A stretch of DNA of 64,000 nt from Acinetobacter phage nACB1, in sequence record OQ032511.1. One strand, written 5' to 3'. Of this stretch, positions 30,727 through 40,036 are shown one piece after another (the stretch's first letter is position 1; the number at the start of each line of letters is the position of its first letter). Under the pieces are notes generated by a model, which worked only from the letters and a program-made list of their open reading frames with translations, made no database searches and was not told the DNA's origin. The translations under genes and the position numbers were made by a program.

Positions 30727-31278
30727 TTAAATTCCTGTTGGTTTGCTACCATGATTGTCATGGAAGCCTAGTTCGATTGCTTTTGCCTTACGTTCTCTGA
30801 TGGCATCATCAACGTTATCGTAAGACTTTTGAAAGACCTTCTTACCGTTAAAGGTAATCTCGGCCACATATTTAAAGGTTTGCTTGTTATACCAAATCCC
30901 AACCTCTCCCACTTTAGAGTGAGGGTTACGACTACGGTTACGAGCATTTTCTGCCTTGGTTACTTCACGTAGGTTAGACCATCTGTTATCAGAACGTATT
31001 TGATTAATATGATCTATCTCGCCTTTAGGCCATTCGCCTGTTTGCATAAACCAAATCAATCTGTGTTCTTTGTAGGTGTTACCCATGAAGCTTATTTGTC
31101 TATAACCTGTCTTCTTAACTACACTACCAGCACGCTGCCCAGGTAACATACGTTTAGAGTGAAGGCCACTAGTCCAAATAAGATTTCCAGTAGTAGGGTC
31201 ATATTTTAATACCTGCTTAACGAGTTCAACTGTTAAGTCTTCTCGGTTAATCTTCTTTGTAGAACTCATGTACCACAT
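30727..31278 (-). CDS. free-standing HNH endonuclease with AP2-like DNA-binding domain
   Basis: HNH_3 motif EIDHINQIRSDNRWSNLREVTKAENARN. AP2-like segment YRQISFMGNTYKEHRLIWF. The track ORF extends to 31404, but a Met near 31269-31278 avoids a large overlap with the upstream gene. Confidence 0.75.
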   Translation of the reverse strand: MWYMSSTKKINREDLTVELVKQVLKYDPTTGNLIWTSGLHSKRMLPGQRAGSVVKKTGYRQISFMGNTYKEHRLIWFMQTGEWPKGEIDHINQIRSDNRWSNLREVTKAENARNRSRNPHSKVGEVGIWYNKQTFKYVAEITFNGKKVFQKSYDNVDDAIRERKAKAIELGFHDNHGSKPTGI

Positions 31279-31990
31279 CCAGTAAAGTCTGTGCGTCATT
31301 GTCAATGAAGGTTTCAGAAGGCTTAAACATACCCATTGGCCCGCGAATACGTTCACCAGTTGTGTTCTTGGTAATACGTGTTTGGAACACATGCTTGTAA
31401 CCAACTAGCTTGTCATCTTCTGTGATGTTCAAGAATTGGTTTTGGTACTGTTCAAGATCACGGATAGGAACTTTCTTAACGTTAACGTTTAACGAGAAGT
31501 ATGCTTCGATACCAGTGTTCTTTAATGCACCTTTAACACGCGCTTGTGTTTTGCGTAGACCTGTAGCTTCATCTAGGTCTTCTGCGATATGAGTAATCAT
31601 GATCACATTCTTAGATGACTTAGCTACATACTGTTGCATCAAGTTCTTAAAGAACTGAGAGTAATCTTGCCATTTGGCACGAGTATCGGCAGCACCTACA
31701 ATATGTACTGATTCAAACATTTCCATAAGGAATGATACTGAATCAATTACGATTGTATGAATCTGAGGTTGTGACTCGGCCCATGTAAAGCCTTCGTATA
31801 CCTGCAGTGGATCAGTAATCGTAATGCTTTTGAACTTATTACGGAAAGGTAATTTCTTTCCTGCTTCACAGTTTAAGTATAAGACACCTTCGTGATCGCG
31901 TAGGTTCATTAGGCATGCAGATTTACCTGCTCCAGACTCACCCCCGATTAATACGAGATTGTCGTTTACTTGTTCAATTGCGGCTGTCAT
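31247..31990 (-). CDS. P-loop ATPase (RecA/Sak4-like)
   Basis: Walker A GESGAGKS. Walker B-like IVIDSVSF. Confidence 0.55.
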   Translation of the reverse strand: MTAAIEQVNDNLVLIGGESGAGKSACLMNLRDHEGVLYLNCEAGKKLPFRNKFKSITITDPLQVYEGFTWAESQPQIHTIVIDSVSFLMEMFESVHIVGAADTRAKWQDYSQFFKNLMQQYVAKSSKNVIMITHIAEDLDEATGLRKTQARVKGALKNTGIEAYFSLNVNVKKVPIRDLEQYQNQFLNITEDDKLVGYKHVFQTRITKNTTGERIRGPMGMFKPSETFIDNDAQTLLDVVHEFYKED

Positions 31991-32052
31991 TTTAACTCCA
32001 AAAAGTAAGGAGCCTTAATTGGCTCCTTGTATTGCACCAGACTGAGCGAAGC

Positions 32053-34215
32053 TCAGACCTTGTTAGCTTTGTTCTGAATAGACTTCAGAATTGTAGCTTG
32101 CAGTTCATCAGCAGATAACTTATCTGCCAATTTGTCATTAAGGCTACGAACCTTAATACCAATATCAGTAAACTGATGCCCACTTTCAACAAGCACCATT
32201 GCATAGTTATACAATTGCTTATTACGGTTTCCATCACCTGTATTGTTAAGTACCCAACGCTCTAAGTTATCAAGCTCTTTCTGATCTTTAAACTTAGCTT
32301 CGCGTTCTTCATTCTTCGACGTACGAGGAATAAACGGAAGTACATCAAATAGTTCACCTTCGTTCATGTGTACTTCTACACTGTCACAAGTTAACCATTT
32401 CTTGTTACGTTGGTTACAAGACTCGTCCATATCAAATGGTAATGCTGACATCACATTGTCCATGAACATCTTGTACTCTTCACGATCCAATTCAAGAATA
32501 TAGTTCGTAGGTAATACAATACGATAGCGATCTAAACCATCTTCGTCTTGATGACGTTTAGTGGTATAGAAGAATGCCTTGTAGTCCTTCATCAATTCCT
32601 TAGCTGTACTTAATGGCAATGTACCATCAACATCTAAGACAATTGTATTGAAGCCTGGGATTGTGTGATCTTCACGACGATAGCCTCCATCAAAGTGATG
32701 GTTAGCCCAATGGAAACCATTGACCTTACCTAGTCGCTCTAAGTCATCAAACTTGATACGTTGCTTCTCATAACCCTCTGCAAGCTTATCGCTTGTAGAA
32801 ATGATTAGTTCATCAACGTTAGTACGTTTTAATGATTCACCACGTAAGAACAAAATATTACCGTCATACAATTTCTTGATGATGATATTGTTCTTGTATG
32901 CCCATGCTACTGCGTACTCGAGCATTTGATCTTTCTGTTGCTTAGAACCACGGAAACAAGGTAATGCTTGTTCTAGGTCTGGTAACGTAATGTTGTTACC
33001 ACAGTCCGCTAAATACTTAGCAACCTTTTCGTAATCAAACTCTGGTTGCATCAAACGTGTAAAGTCACGTCCTGAGTCTTCAGCCAATTTCATTGCTGAT
33101 TCAAGATGACTAATACGAATGTTTGGTGAGTAATCACGGAATGCATATGCAGCTGCTAACTTCAATACTTTGAAGAAGCGGTTTTCTAATTCAGAACGTA
33201 AAATGTTTTCATGATCTTTGAGCTGTTCAGCACGGCGATCACAATTGATTTTATATTCCATTAAGTAGACTGCTTCAGCTTGTTCAATACGAACAACTTT
33301 ATTCAAGTTTGAGATGTCAGCTAACTGTTCTAAACCACATGACAATGTATCAAGTTGAGCATCATTAGAGCTATTAAACATTTGGTTTACTAACTCTGTT
33401 GCATCTGCTGCTACATTCTTTTTAACCTTAGCGGTATAACCAAAGAAGCAGCGACGTGCATAACCCATCTCTAACATGTCAATCAAATGACGTTGAGTTG
33501 CACCTGAGTCTAATAGTTTTGACGGTGTACCGAACAATAACATGTTCGTTGGTGTAGCACCTTCAATACGTTCAAAGCGTGTGTTTTCAGCTGATGATTT
33601 TACAAGCTTATCCTTGATCATGCCTGTGTCATACAGTTCAAGGAATGCATTGGTTACTTCTTCTTGACCAACTAAGTTAGCACCAATTTCATCAATCTGT
33701 AGATTGACTCCACCTGCTTTAGCTAAGTTAAGTTTATGACGAAGTTGTTTAACTGCAGGAACTGTTGCAGAGTCAAATGAGAATAACAATGAACCAATAG
33801 AGTTAAACTCTTTAGTTAATCCTGCTAATTCATCATGAGGGTCTGAGCCTTTACGTGTAGCACGTGAGTTGGCTAACTTCTGCATGTTCTGTTCTGCAGC
33901 TAATGGGAACGTGTTTTCCATGAATGACTCACGGAAGCGATCAATGACGCTACGCTCAATCAGACCAGTAGAGTAACCCTTACCAGTACCTGAAGGACTT
34001 AGGTTCATTGCATAAATGTTGATGGGTAATGTGTTACCACCCCAACCTTGAATGTTCGCATGCATCTGAGAAGCAAGTACTCCCCAGTAATACGTACACG
34101 CAATACGGAAGAACATGCGTTCTGAGTTCTGAGTCTTTGCACACATAATATCTGTGAGCATTTCAGTAACTGGGTCATAGGCCATCTGATCGAATGGCTT
34201 TAGTTGTGTTGTCAT
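32053..34215 (-). CDS. primase-like replication protein (C-terminal AEP/prim-pol-like domain)
   Basis: 720 aa. The C-terminal region carries a DxD motif (IVLDVDG) and downstream TKRHQ and hD elements reminiscent of archaeo-eukaryotic-type primases. The N-terminus has the P-loop-like SPSGTGKG. Confidence 0.5.
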   Translation of the reverse strand: MTTQLKPFDQMAYDPVTEMLTDIMCAKTQNSERMFFRIACTYYWGVLASQMHANIQGWGGNTLPINIYAMNLSPSGTGKGYSTGLIERSVIDRFRESFMENTFPLAAEQNMQKLANSRATRKGSDPHDELAGLTKEFNSIGSLLFSFDSATVPAVKQLRHKLNLAKAGGVNLQIDEIGANLVGQEEVTNAFLELYDTGMIKDKLVKSSAENTRFERIEGATPTNMLLFGTPSKLLDSGATQRHLIDMLEMGYARRCFFGYTAKVKKNVAADATELVNQMFNSSNDAQLDTLSCGLEQLADISNLNKVVRIEQAEAVYLMEYKINCDRRAEQLKDHENILRSELENRFFKVLKLAAAYAFRDYSPNIRISHLESAMKLAEDSGRDFTRLMQPEFDYEKVAKYLADCGNNITLPDLEQALPCFRGSKQQKDQMLEYAVAWAYKNNIIIKKLYDGNILFLRGESLKRTNVDELIISTSDKLAEGYEKQRIKFDDLERLGKVNGFHWANHHFDGGYRREDHTIPGFNTIVLDVDGTLPLSTAKELMKDYKAFFYTTKRHQDEDGLDRYRIVLPTNYILELDREEYKMFMDNVMSALPFDMDESCNQRNKKWLTCDSVEVHMNEGELFDVLPFIPRTSKNEEREAKFKDQKELDNLERWVLNNTGDGNRNKQLYNYAMVLVESGHQFTDIGIKVRSLNDKLADKLSADELQATILKSIQNKANKV

Positions 34216-34223
34216 CTTAGTTC

Positions 34224-35204
34224 CTAAATTTTTAATTCACCTGCAGCTATGAGGTCATCTTTCTGACTGCATAGCGTAAATGCAGAACAATAGAGACAAG
34301 CTGTTACTTGTCCCTTCACCACGTCGATACGTCCTTTGCTACCTTTCTCAATAAAGTACTTATTGGCTTCATACATTGAACTAAAGTTCTTTTGGCTTTT
34401 ACCTGTGGAAGCAGGGTTGCTGTAATACTTAAATGAGTCATCCTTACGCCACAAATCTTTATCTGTGCATAAAGGTAATTCTGATTCAGGTAAGTTCTCA
34501 CATGCAATTAGACGCTGCACTTTATGTTCAACGAAGCGTTGTACTTCAGCTTCAGGAAGAAGCTCAAACTCTCGTGAGATAATTTGTGAGTGTGGGTATT
34601 TCTCTCTATCAGATAGATAACGGTTTTTATTCCAATCCATGAAGATAAAGATAATGGACATGCGATCATCAGTAATAATATCAGGATTAAGCCAACGATA
34701 GATGCTACCTTGTAAGATATAATCTTCGTCTTTATTTCCACTAGTCCACGCAAATGTACTTGTAGTCTTGAAATCATGTACGCGACCATCTGCGATGAAG
34801 TCAAACTTACCTGTAACCTTTACTCCAAATACTTCACGGCTACTACGCTTCTCTAAATAGATAGGGATAGTTGGGCCTGTGAATGTCTCAGGATCATGGT
34901 TTACCTTAATGCGGTTAATGGCTTTCTGAGGAACGCCTAATGCAGTTAAGGTATCTGCAAGACTTGGGTCTGTCCATGTACGTTCAATTGCATCATGAAT
35001 TGCTGTACCGATACGAGATTTAATCATACCGCTTACATCTATGGTTCCCTCTCCAGGAGGTAGACGCTTAGTAAGGATGGTTTGACGAATAGGTCTCATC
35101 AATGTGGTAGCAGATAATCCTGCTTCACTTCGATCATACGTATCATGAGCTAACCAAGCTGCAATAGGTAATGGTAGATTTGTTTGATTTGAATATTGCG
35201 CCAT
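34224..35204 (-). CDS. PD-(D/E)XK nuclease with C-terminal Cys cluster (Cas4/RecB-like)
   Basis: Motif GKFDFIADGRVHDFKTT (D...D-x-K). C-terminal cysteines ...LPLCTD...CLYCSAFTLC. Confidence 0.55.
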   Translation of the reverse strand: MAQYSNQTNLPLPIAAWLAHDTYDRSEAGLSATTLMRPIRQTILTKRLPPGEGTIDVSGMIKSRIGTAIHDAIERTWTDPSLADTLTALGVPQKAINRIKVNHDPETFTGPTIPIYLEKRSSREVFGVKVTGKFDFIADGRVHDFKTTSTFAWTSGNKDEDYILQGSIYRWLNPDIITDDRMSIIFIFMDWNKNRYLSDREKYPHSQIISREFELLPEAEVQRFVEHKVQRLIACENLPESELPLCTDKDLWRKDDSFKYYSNPASTGKSQKNFSSMYEANKYFIEKGSKGRIDVVKGQVTACLYCSAFTLCSQKDDLIAAGELKI

Positions 35205-35205
35205 A

Positions 35206-35343
35206 TTAGGTACTCAAATTAATAGTGGGTGTTTCCCCATAACCTGCATCATCAACTGTTATGTCTACACGACGGTAATCAATTAACACTTCAGCTTCTT
35301 GATCAAACTCATTTAATAGTTCTATGAGGTCTTTGACTTTCAT
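35206..35343 (-). CDS. small acidic ORF (45 aa) between nrdB and the nuclease gene
   Basis: Hand-translated: MKVKDLIELLNEFDQEAEVLIDYRRVDITVDDAGYGETPTINLST. GGAGAA RBS. Its stop lies 2 nt before the nuclease ATG. Confidence 0.3.
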   Translation of the reverse strand: MKVKDLIELLNEFDQEAEVLIDYRRVDITVDDAGYGETPTINLST

Positions 35344-35387
35344 ATCTTCTCCAAAGGCAAGAAACCCACCGTGAGGTGGGCTTAGAA

Positions 35388-36446
35388 TTATCCGTTAAGG
35401 ATTTCCTGTTCTATTTCATAATCTGTCTTAAAGTCAGTGTCAGGATATTTCCATTCACCTGTAAGACTACCAATAGAATAGTTTGTGCTTGCAGCTTCAA
35501 AGAAGTTTACAAGACTAGACTTAGCAAATAATAATCCTACCTGAGGTAAGATTTCATCTGTAACGTCAGGGTAGATTGCATCAATACCAATATTCAATTG
35601 ACTGCTACGAGCATTAGCTAATTGTTTCAAGAATACTTCGATCTGATCAATTGATAGATCACGTAGACTGCCTTTACTGTATGCACACTTAGCAAGAGCA
35701 ATACCACGCTCTACAGCAGCATTAAACATCTCTTGGATGTTGTAAATGAAGTCTGCAGTCAATACTCCAGGGTTCTCTGCAAGCTCTTGGTTGATTAACC
35801 AAGTTAAACCTTCACAATGTTGGTTTTCGTCGCGAGCTGACCATGCAACTACTTCTTGACCTAGACAAGTCATCTTACCAAAGCGTTGTGCATTGATAAG
35901 CATTAAGAAGATTCCATAGATGCCAATACCTTCACCACAGATATGTTTAACCAACGTGTAGATACGATGAGATGCTAAACTACCATTGATAGTTTGAGCA
36001 GTCATGAACTCACGTTGATCATAGACTTCATCAATATCCAACATCTCACAGTACTGCTCTTTAGGAATACCGAACTGATCTGGTAACATATCATAACACT
36101 GTACATGAGTAGCTTCACGGTCAATGACTTTAGCTAACCAGTAACGCTGCTCAGGTTGTGTGTACCATTGTGCTAAGTTCTCAAAGTAAGAACCTGCAAC
36201 ATCTACGTCAGCTTGAGTAAAGTATAGAAGTAGGAACTGATAAATAGCCTGCTCTTCTGGATTGGTTTTACCCAATTCTTTCCAGTCTTTAACATCCTGC
36301 CCTAGCTTCTTTACTTCTTCGATAGTCCAGTTCATCTTGCGATGAGTTTCAGCTAAGTTATATAACTCTGGGTATCGGAAAGGTTTCCAGTAATCACGTC
36401 CGTCAACAAGTGTTAATGCGTCGTGACTAATTTGATTAAATGCCAT
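35388..36446 (-). CDS. nrdB: ribonucleotide reductase class I small subunit
   Basis: Di-iron ligand patterns REATHVQCY (E-x2-H, with Tyr 4 residues after His as the tyrosyl radical site) and ARDENQHCEG (E-x2-H). Confidence 0.8.
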   Translation of the reverse strand: MAFNQISHDALTLVDGRDYWKPFRYPELYNLAETHRKMNWTIEEVKKLGQDVKDWKELGKTNPEEQAIYQFLLLYFTQADVDVAGSYFENLAQWYTQPEQRYWLAKVIDREATHVQCYDMLPDQFGIPKEQYCEMLDIDEVYDQREFMTAQTINGSLASHRIYTLVKHICGEGIGIYGIFLMLINAQRFGKMTCLGQEVVAWSARDENQHCEGLTWLINQELAENPGVLTADFIYNIQEMFNAAVERGIALAKCAYSKGSLRDLSIDQIEVFLKQLANARSSQLNIGIDAIYPDVTDEILPQVGLLFAKSSLVNFFEAASTNYSIGSLTGEWKYPDTDFKTDYEIEQEILNG

Positions 36447-36696
36447 TGATTAGCTCCAGTAATTCAGGGTGATAATCACGATTGTCTTTAGCCATAATAC
36501 TAATTAGCTTTCGTGCAATGCTGTGTGGGGCAGTTGAACCAAACACAGATTCAATACCTTTAAAGATATGAATATATGTTTTACGTTCAAATACTAGGAT
36601 TGATTCATTTGCATCAATAGGTAAATAGGTACGAGTACCTATTAAACTTGCAATGACCTGAGTTAGTTTATGCTCATTCACTGGTTTAACCCTCAC
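36436..36696 (-). CDS. hypothetical protein (86 aa) between nrdA and nrdB
   Basis: ORF overlapping both neighbours by a few nt. Confidence 0.45.
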   Translation of the reverse strand: MRVKPVNEHKLTQVIASLIGTRTYLPIDANESILVFERKTYIHIFKGIESVFGSTAPHSIARKLISIMAKDNRDYHPELLELINGI

Positions 36697-38683
36697 AGCT
36701 TAAGCATGCAGTAAAAATATCTGCACGGTTGTAGTCAATAGTGTCATCTGATTTCTCAGATTTAGCGAATGCATTTGATGAAGCCAATGCCATAGTACGA
36801 ATGTAGTAACGAGACTTACATCCTTTCTTCCACATTTGGAAATGAACAGCATTCACATATGAACGTGGAACACCTGGTTTCATAAACAAGTTTGTAGAGA
36901 TTGCTTGGCATACATCTTTCTGTGCACATGCTACATGTTCAACAATCCACATTTGATCTACTTCAAATGCTGTACGTAATACTTTCTTCTCATGTGTATT
37001 TAAGAAGTCTAAGTGTTGTACTGAGCCTTCGTTATCTACAATTGATTTGATTACAGCTGCATTGTTCTTACCATATTTCTCAAGACACTTGAGTAAGTAC
37101 GGTTCAATGATTTGGAAAGTACCTGAGGTAGTCTGTTGTGCATATACGTTTTGGAAACGTGGTTCACGACTTGGTGTAACACCTCCACAGATTAGACTGT
37201 TGGTAGCTGTTGGAGCATCAGCTAATAAGTGTGAGTTACGGCGACCAGACTTAGCCATATCAGGGGCTGCACCACGAGATGCACCAAGTTCATAAGTTGC
37301 TTCAAGAGCTACTTGCTTAACCCACTTGGTTACAGTGTAGGTAATGTCTAATGCTTCACGAGATTCGTAAGGTAGATCACACTGTTTAAAGTATGAGTCC
37401 CAACCCATTGAACCTAAGCCAATAGCTCGTTCTTGTTTAGCACTGAATACTGCTTTACGTAATCCCATAAAGCGATCTTGAACTACACCAATACAGATTT
37501 GTTGTAAATGGTCTTCACCAATGTACACACCTGATTCCTGCATATTCTTACGTAGTGAGTCAGCTAACTCTTCCCATGCAAAGTCTTTGGTACAAGACCA
37601 AACAGCATTCTGAATAAAGTACTCAAGAATGTTATCTAGGAACTCAACCATATCTTTGATGAATTGGCTATTACCTTTCCATTGATCATAGGTAGCCATG
37701 TTGTATGAACTTAAGCAACATACTGCTGTACGTTCTTCATTGTTAGCCAATGTGATTTCAGTACAGATATTTACGTTGTTGAAGTCTAGCCCCAATGCCT
37801 TTTGCTCTTCAGGTAAGAAGCGGCGGCATGTGTCTTCAAACACTAAGAATGGGCAACCTGTCTCGAATGGTAATTCAAGCATTAGTTCCCATAAGTAACG
37901 AGCTGAGATAATTTCTTTGGTTACGCCTTTATGATCTACCAATGCCCAGTCACCATCAGCTAATACTGTGTGCATGAACTTGTCAGTTACTTTAACTGCT
38001 TGGAAGATATTACGGCTACGCTTATTAGGATCACCAGACATTTTACGTGACTCAATAAACTCTACTACTTCTGGATGGTCACAACGAATGTTACCTCCAT
38101 AAACAGCACGTCTATTTGAGCCTTGGTGAGCTGCTGTTACCATTGAATCTTCTACATGGAAGAATGGTACTAGTCCGCCAGACTTTCCTCCTGTGCTCGT
38201 TACAGAGCCTTCTGGACGTAGGTCAGACCAGTCTGCTGCATAACCTCCGCCATTGGATGCAATCCATAATGATTCAGTTAAATGATCAGCAATACCAATA
38301 CGACTATCAGGCACATAACCTGTGTAGCATGAAATTGGTAATGGGCCATATACTGACTCGTAAGCCAAGTGACTAAAGTTAGCTTCAAAGTCAGTTAAGA
38401 ATTTTACGCGTACTGGAGCATTAGCTAATACTGGTGATGCAGGGCCTGCCCATTGACGCTTAAAGTAACCATACATACGTAATGCATGGGCTTCATTTGT
38501 TGCGAATGCCGTAGCACATCGCATATAAGCATCTTGGGGAGACTTCTCATTCTGAACTAAGTAGCGATCAATAACAGTAGCTTTACCTGCAGGGATCATG
38601 TGCCCATCTGCAGTGTAATCAATATGTTGAGATAATAAGCGTGACTTTAAAGGTGGATTATTTGAAGGTCGAATCATTGTCAA
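36686..38683 (-). CDS. nrdA: ribonucleotide reductase class I large subunit (no ATP-cone)
   Basis: Active-site VNICTEITL (N-x-C-x-E). C-terminal radical-transfer YY (SRYYIRT). Terminal CLSCEG redox cysteine pair. At 665 aa it lacks an N-terminal ATP-cone. Confidence 0.85.
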   Translation of the reverse strand: MTMIRPSNNPPLKSRLLSQHIDYTADGHMIPAGKATVIDRYLVQNEKSPQDAYMRCATAFATNEAHALRMYGYFKRQWAGPASPVLANAPVRVKFLTDFEANFSHLAYESVYGPLPISCYTGYVPDSRIGIADHLTESLWIASNGGGYAADWSDLRPEGSVTSTGGKSGGLVPFFHVEDSMVTAAHQGSNRRAVYGGNIRCDHPEVVEFIESRKMSGDPNKRSRNIFQAVKVTDKFMHTVLADGDWALVDHKGVTKEIISARYLWELMLELPFETGCPFLVFEDTCRRFLPEEQKALGLDFNNVNICTEITLANNEERTAVCCLSSYNMATYDQWKGNSQFIKDMVEFLDNILEYFIQNAVWSCTKDFAWEELADSLRKNMQESGVYIGEDHLQQICIGVVQDRFMGLRKAVFSAKQERAIGLGSMGWDSYFKQCDLPYESREALDITYTVTKWVKQVALEATYELGASRGAAPDMAKSGRRNSHLLADAPTATNSLICGGVTPSREPRFQNVYAQQTTSGTFQIIEPYLLKCLEKYGKNNAAVIKSIVDNEGSVQHLDFLNTHEKKVLRTAFEVDQMWIVEHVACAQKDVCQAISTNLFMKPGVPRSYVNAVHFQMWKKGCKSRYYIRTMALASSNAFAKSEKSDDTIDYNRADIFTACLSCEG

Positions 38684-38720
38684 TTCCTAAAAGAAAAGGT
38701 GCGTATACTAACAGCGAAGT

Positions 38721-39365
38721 CTAAGCTTCGCTAGTCCATCCAAGTGCCTTTGCGACAATTGGGAGTTCATTAGTAAACACTTCTTTAGCTTGTTGAGCAA
38801 TGAGCATGTGTTCCTTTTGTGTACCATTACCTGAACGTAGCGTGATGTAATGAATCCACTGACGTACGTTACCAGTCATATAAATCTTGGTTTCAGTATT
38901 GAGTGGTAAGACTTTACGCGCACATTCTTTAGCAATGCCTGCATCTAACATGTCGTTATATAAGTCTTGTGTTTCAGCAAACTGTTGTGCAATACGTTTT
39001 TCAAAGTCAGCAACAATCAACTTAGATTCTTCATCTAAGACTTCAAGAGAGTTTTGGCGATTCTTGTGATCCTGTAAACGTAGTTCAGGTACACGTGCAG
39101 GGTTCATAACTGCTGCATAACGTTGGCTAAATTCTTGAAAGAAAAAGCTACGATGACGAAGCATTTGAGCACCAATATCACGTGTAGTTGTGATCTCTAA
39201 GGTCATATGAGCATGCTCAAAGACAGACCAGTGTCCTTCACGTATACAGAAAGCTAGCAGGCCTGCTACATTATCATTGAATTGGTTTGCAGGGTTTGAC
39301 ACACGAGCAATAAAGCCCATGAGTTTTTCAGCATTAGAACTAATACTGATAAGGTTTACTGACAT
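38721..39365 (-). CDS. thyX: flavin-dependent thymidylate synthase
   Basis: ThyX signature RHRSFFFQEFSQRY (RHR-x7-S). 214 aa. Confidence 0.75.
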   Translation of the reverse strand: MSVNLISISSNAEKLMGFIARVSNPANQFNDNVAGLLAFCIREGHWSVFEHAHMTLEITTTRDIGAQMLRHRSFFFQEFSQRYAAVMNPARVPELRLQDHKNRQNSLEVLDEESKLIVADFEKRIAQQFAETQDLYNDMLDAGIAKECARKVLPLNTETKIYMTGNVRQWIHYITLRSGNGTQKEHMLIAQQAKEVFTNELPIVAKALGWTSEA

Positions 39366-39368
39366 AGT

Positions 39369-39617
39369 TTATTCCTGTTCAGGTTTATACATGTGGGTTA
39401 CGTAAGTTCGATACGCAACCTCATCAATAACGAAGATACCTTCTCCGCTATATTCAACTGGAGTTTCTAGTGGTAGTACTTTGTGAAGTACTCCATCGTC
39501 ATACTCTAAATAAATATCTTCTGTACCATTCTCAGTATCATCTTGAGGATAGATACTTAGGCCAGAGGACTGACTAACTAAGAAGTCAATCTTATCTAAT
39601 AGATCACGTAAGATCAT
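39369..39617 (-). CDS. hypothetical acidic protein (82 aa), first gene of the leftward block
   Basis: ORF with AAGGAA RBS. Confidence 0.5.
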   Translation of the reverse strand: MILRDLLDKIDFLVSQSSGLSIYPQDDTENGTEDIYLEYDDGVLHKVLPLETPVEYSGEGIFVIDEVAYRTYVTHMYKPEQE

Positions 39618-39656
39618 AATTATTCCTTGGTTTTAAAAGTCAGAAGATGGCAGGGA

Positions 39657-39685
39657 CTGCCAAACCAAACTACTCTGTGTATAAT
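39657..39685 (+). promoter_or_regulatory. sigma70-like promoter for the tail fiber gene
   Basis: -35-like cTGcCA at 39657..39662, a 17-nt spacer, then a perfect TATAAT at 39680..39685. A GAGGT RBS and the ATG at 39712 follow. The 5-bp-stem, GGA-loop hairpin ggcagggactgcc at 39650..39662 overlaps the -35. Confidence 0.35.
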
Positions 39686-39711
39686 CAGCTCCATAGCTAT
39701 GAGGTACATAT

Positions 39712-39987
39712 ATGTCAAACCTAACCCCTGAAGATGTAAACATCCAATTAACTGAAACTCGTAACGAGCTTCGGTTAGAAGACTTACGCCTATGGCAAGG
39801 ACTAGAAGATGAAAAGATTTCTCGTATTGCAGGTGATAATGCCAACACAGAATTAAACACATTAACTAATACAGAGCTTGCTGCTCAAGAGTCTCGTCTG
39901 TCTGTTGAAGTAGTTCAACGTGAAGAAGGTGATATTCGTAACATCACTTCATTGACAGCACTTGCTCAAGCATTAGCTGATAGGTGA
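39712..39987 (+). CDS. giant tail fiber, N-terminal fragment (cut off by a frameshift caused by a 55-bp tandem duplication)
   Basis: ATG with GAGGT RBS. The ORF ends ...SLTALAQALADR* inside the second copy of the duplication. The downstream ORF restarts with the same peptide TALAQALAD. Confidence 0.6.
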   Translation: MSNLTPEDVNIQLTETRNELRLEDLRLWQGLEDEKISRIAGDNANTELNTLTNTELAAQESRLSVEVVQREEGDIRNITSLTALAQALADR

Positions 39988-40036
39988 TATTCGTAACATC
40001 ACTTCATTGACAGCACTTGCTCAAGCATTAGCTGAT
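39927..40036 (+). repeat. Exact 55-bp tandem direct duplication (2 copies)
   Basis: 39927..39981 is identical to 39982..40036 (aggtgatattcgtaacatcacttcattgacagcacttgctcaagcattagctgat). 55 is not a multiple of 3, so the extra copy shifts the frame by +1 and creates a TGA. Confidence 0.85.

Noticed and set aside
39620-39862. Two minus-strand ORFs (80 and 75 aa) upstream of the ThyX block
   Set aside because: They overlap the divergent promoter region and the N-terminal coding region of the fiber gene on the opposite strand. They have no RBS and are Cys/Leu-rich shadow ORFs.
40007-40009. Independent translation start for the 2489-aa ORF
   Set aside because: The first codon is TTG and there is no Shine-Dalgarno sequence. 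The encoded peptide TALAQALAD duplicates the end of the upstream ORF, so this is a continuation interrupted by the 55-bp duplication, not a separate gene.
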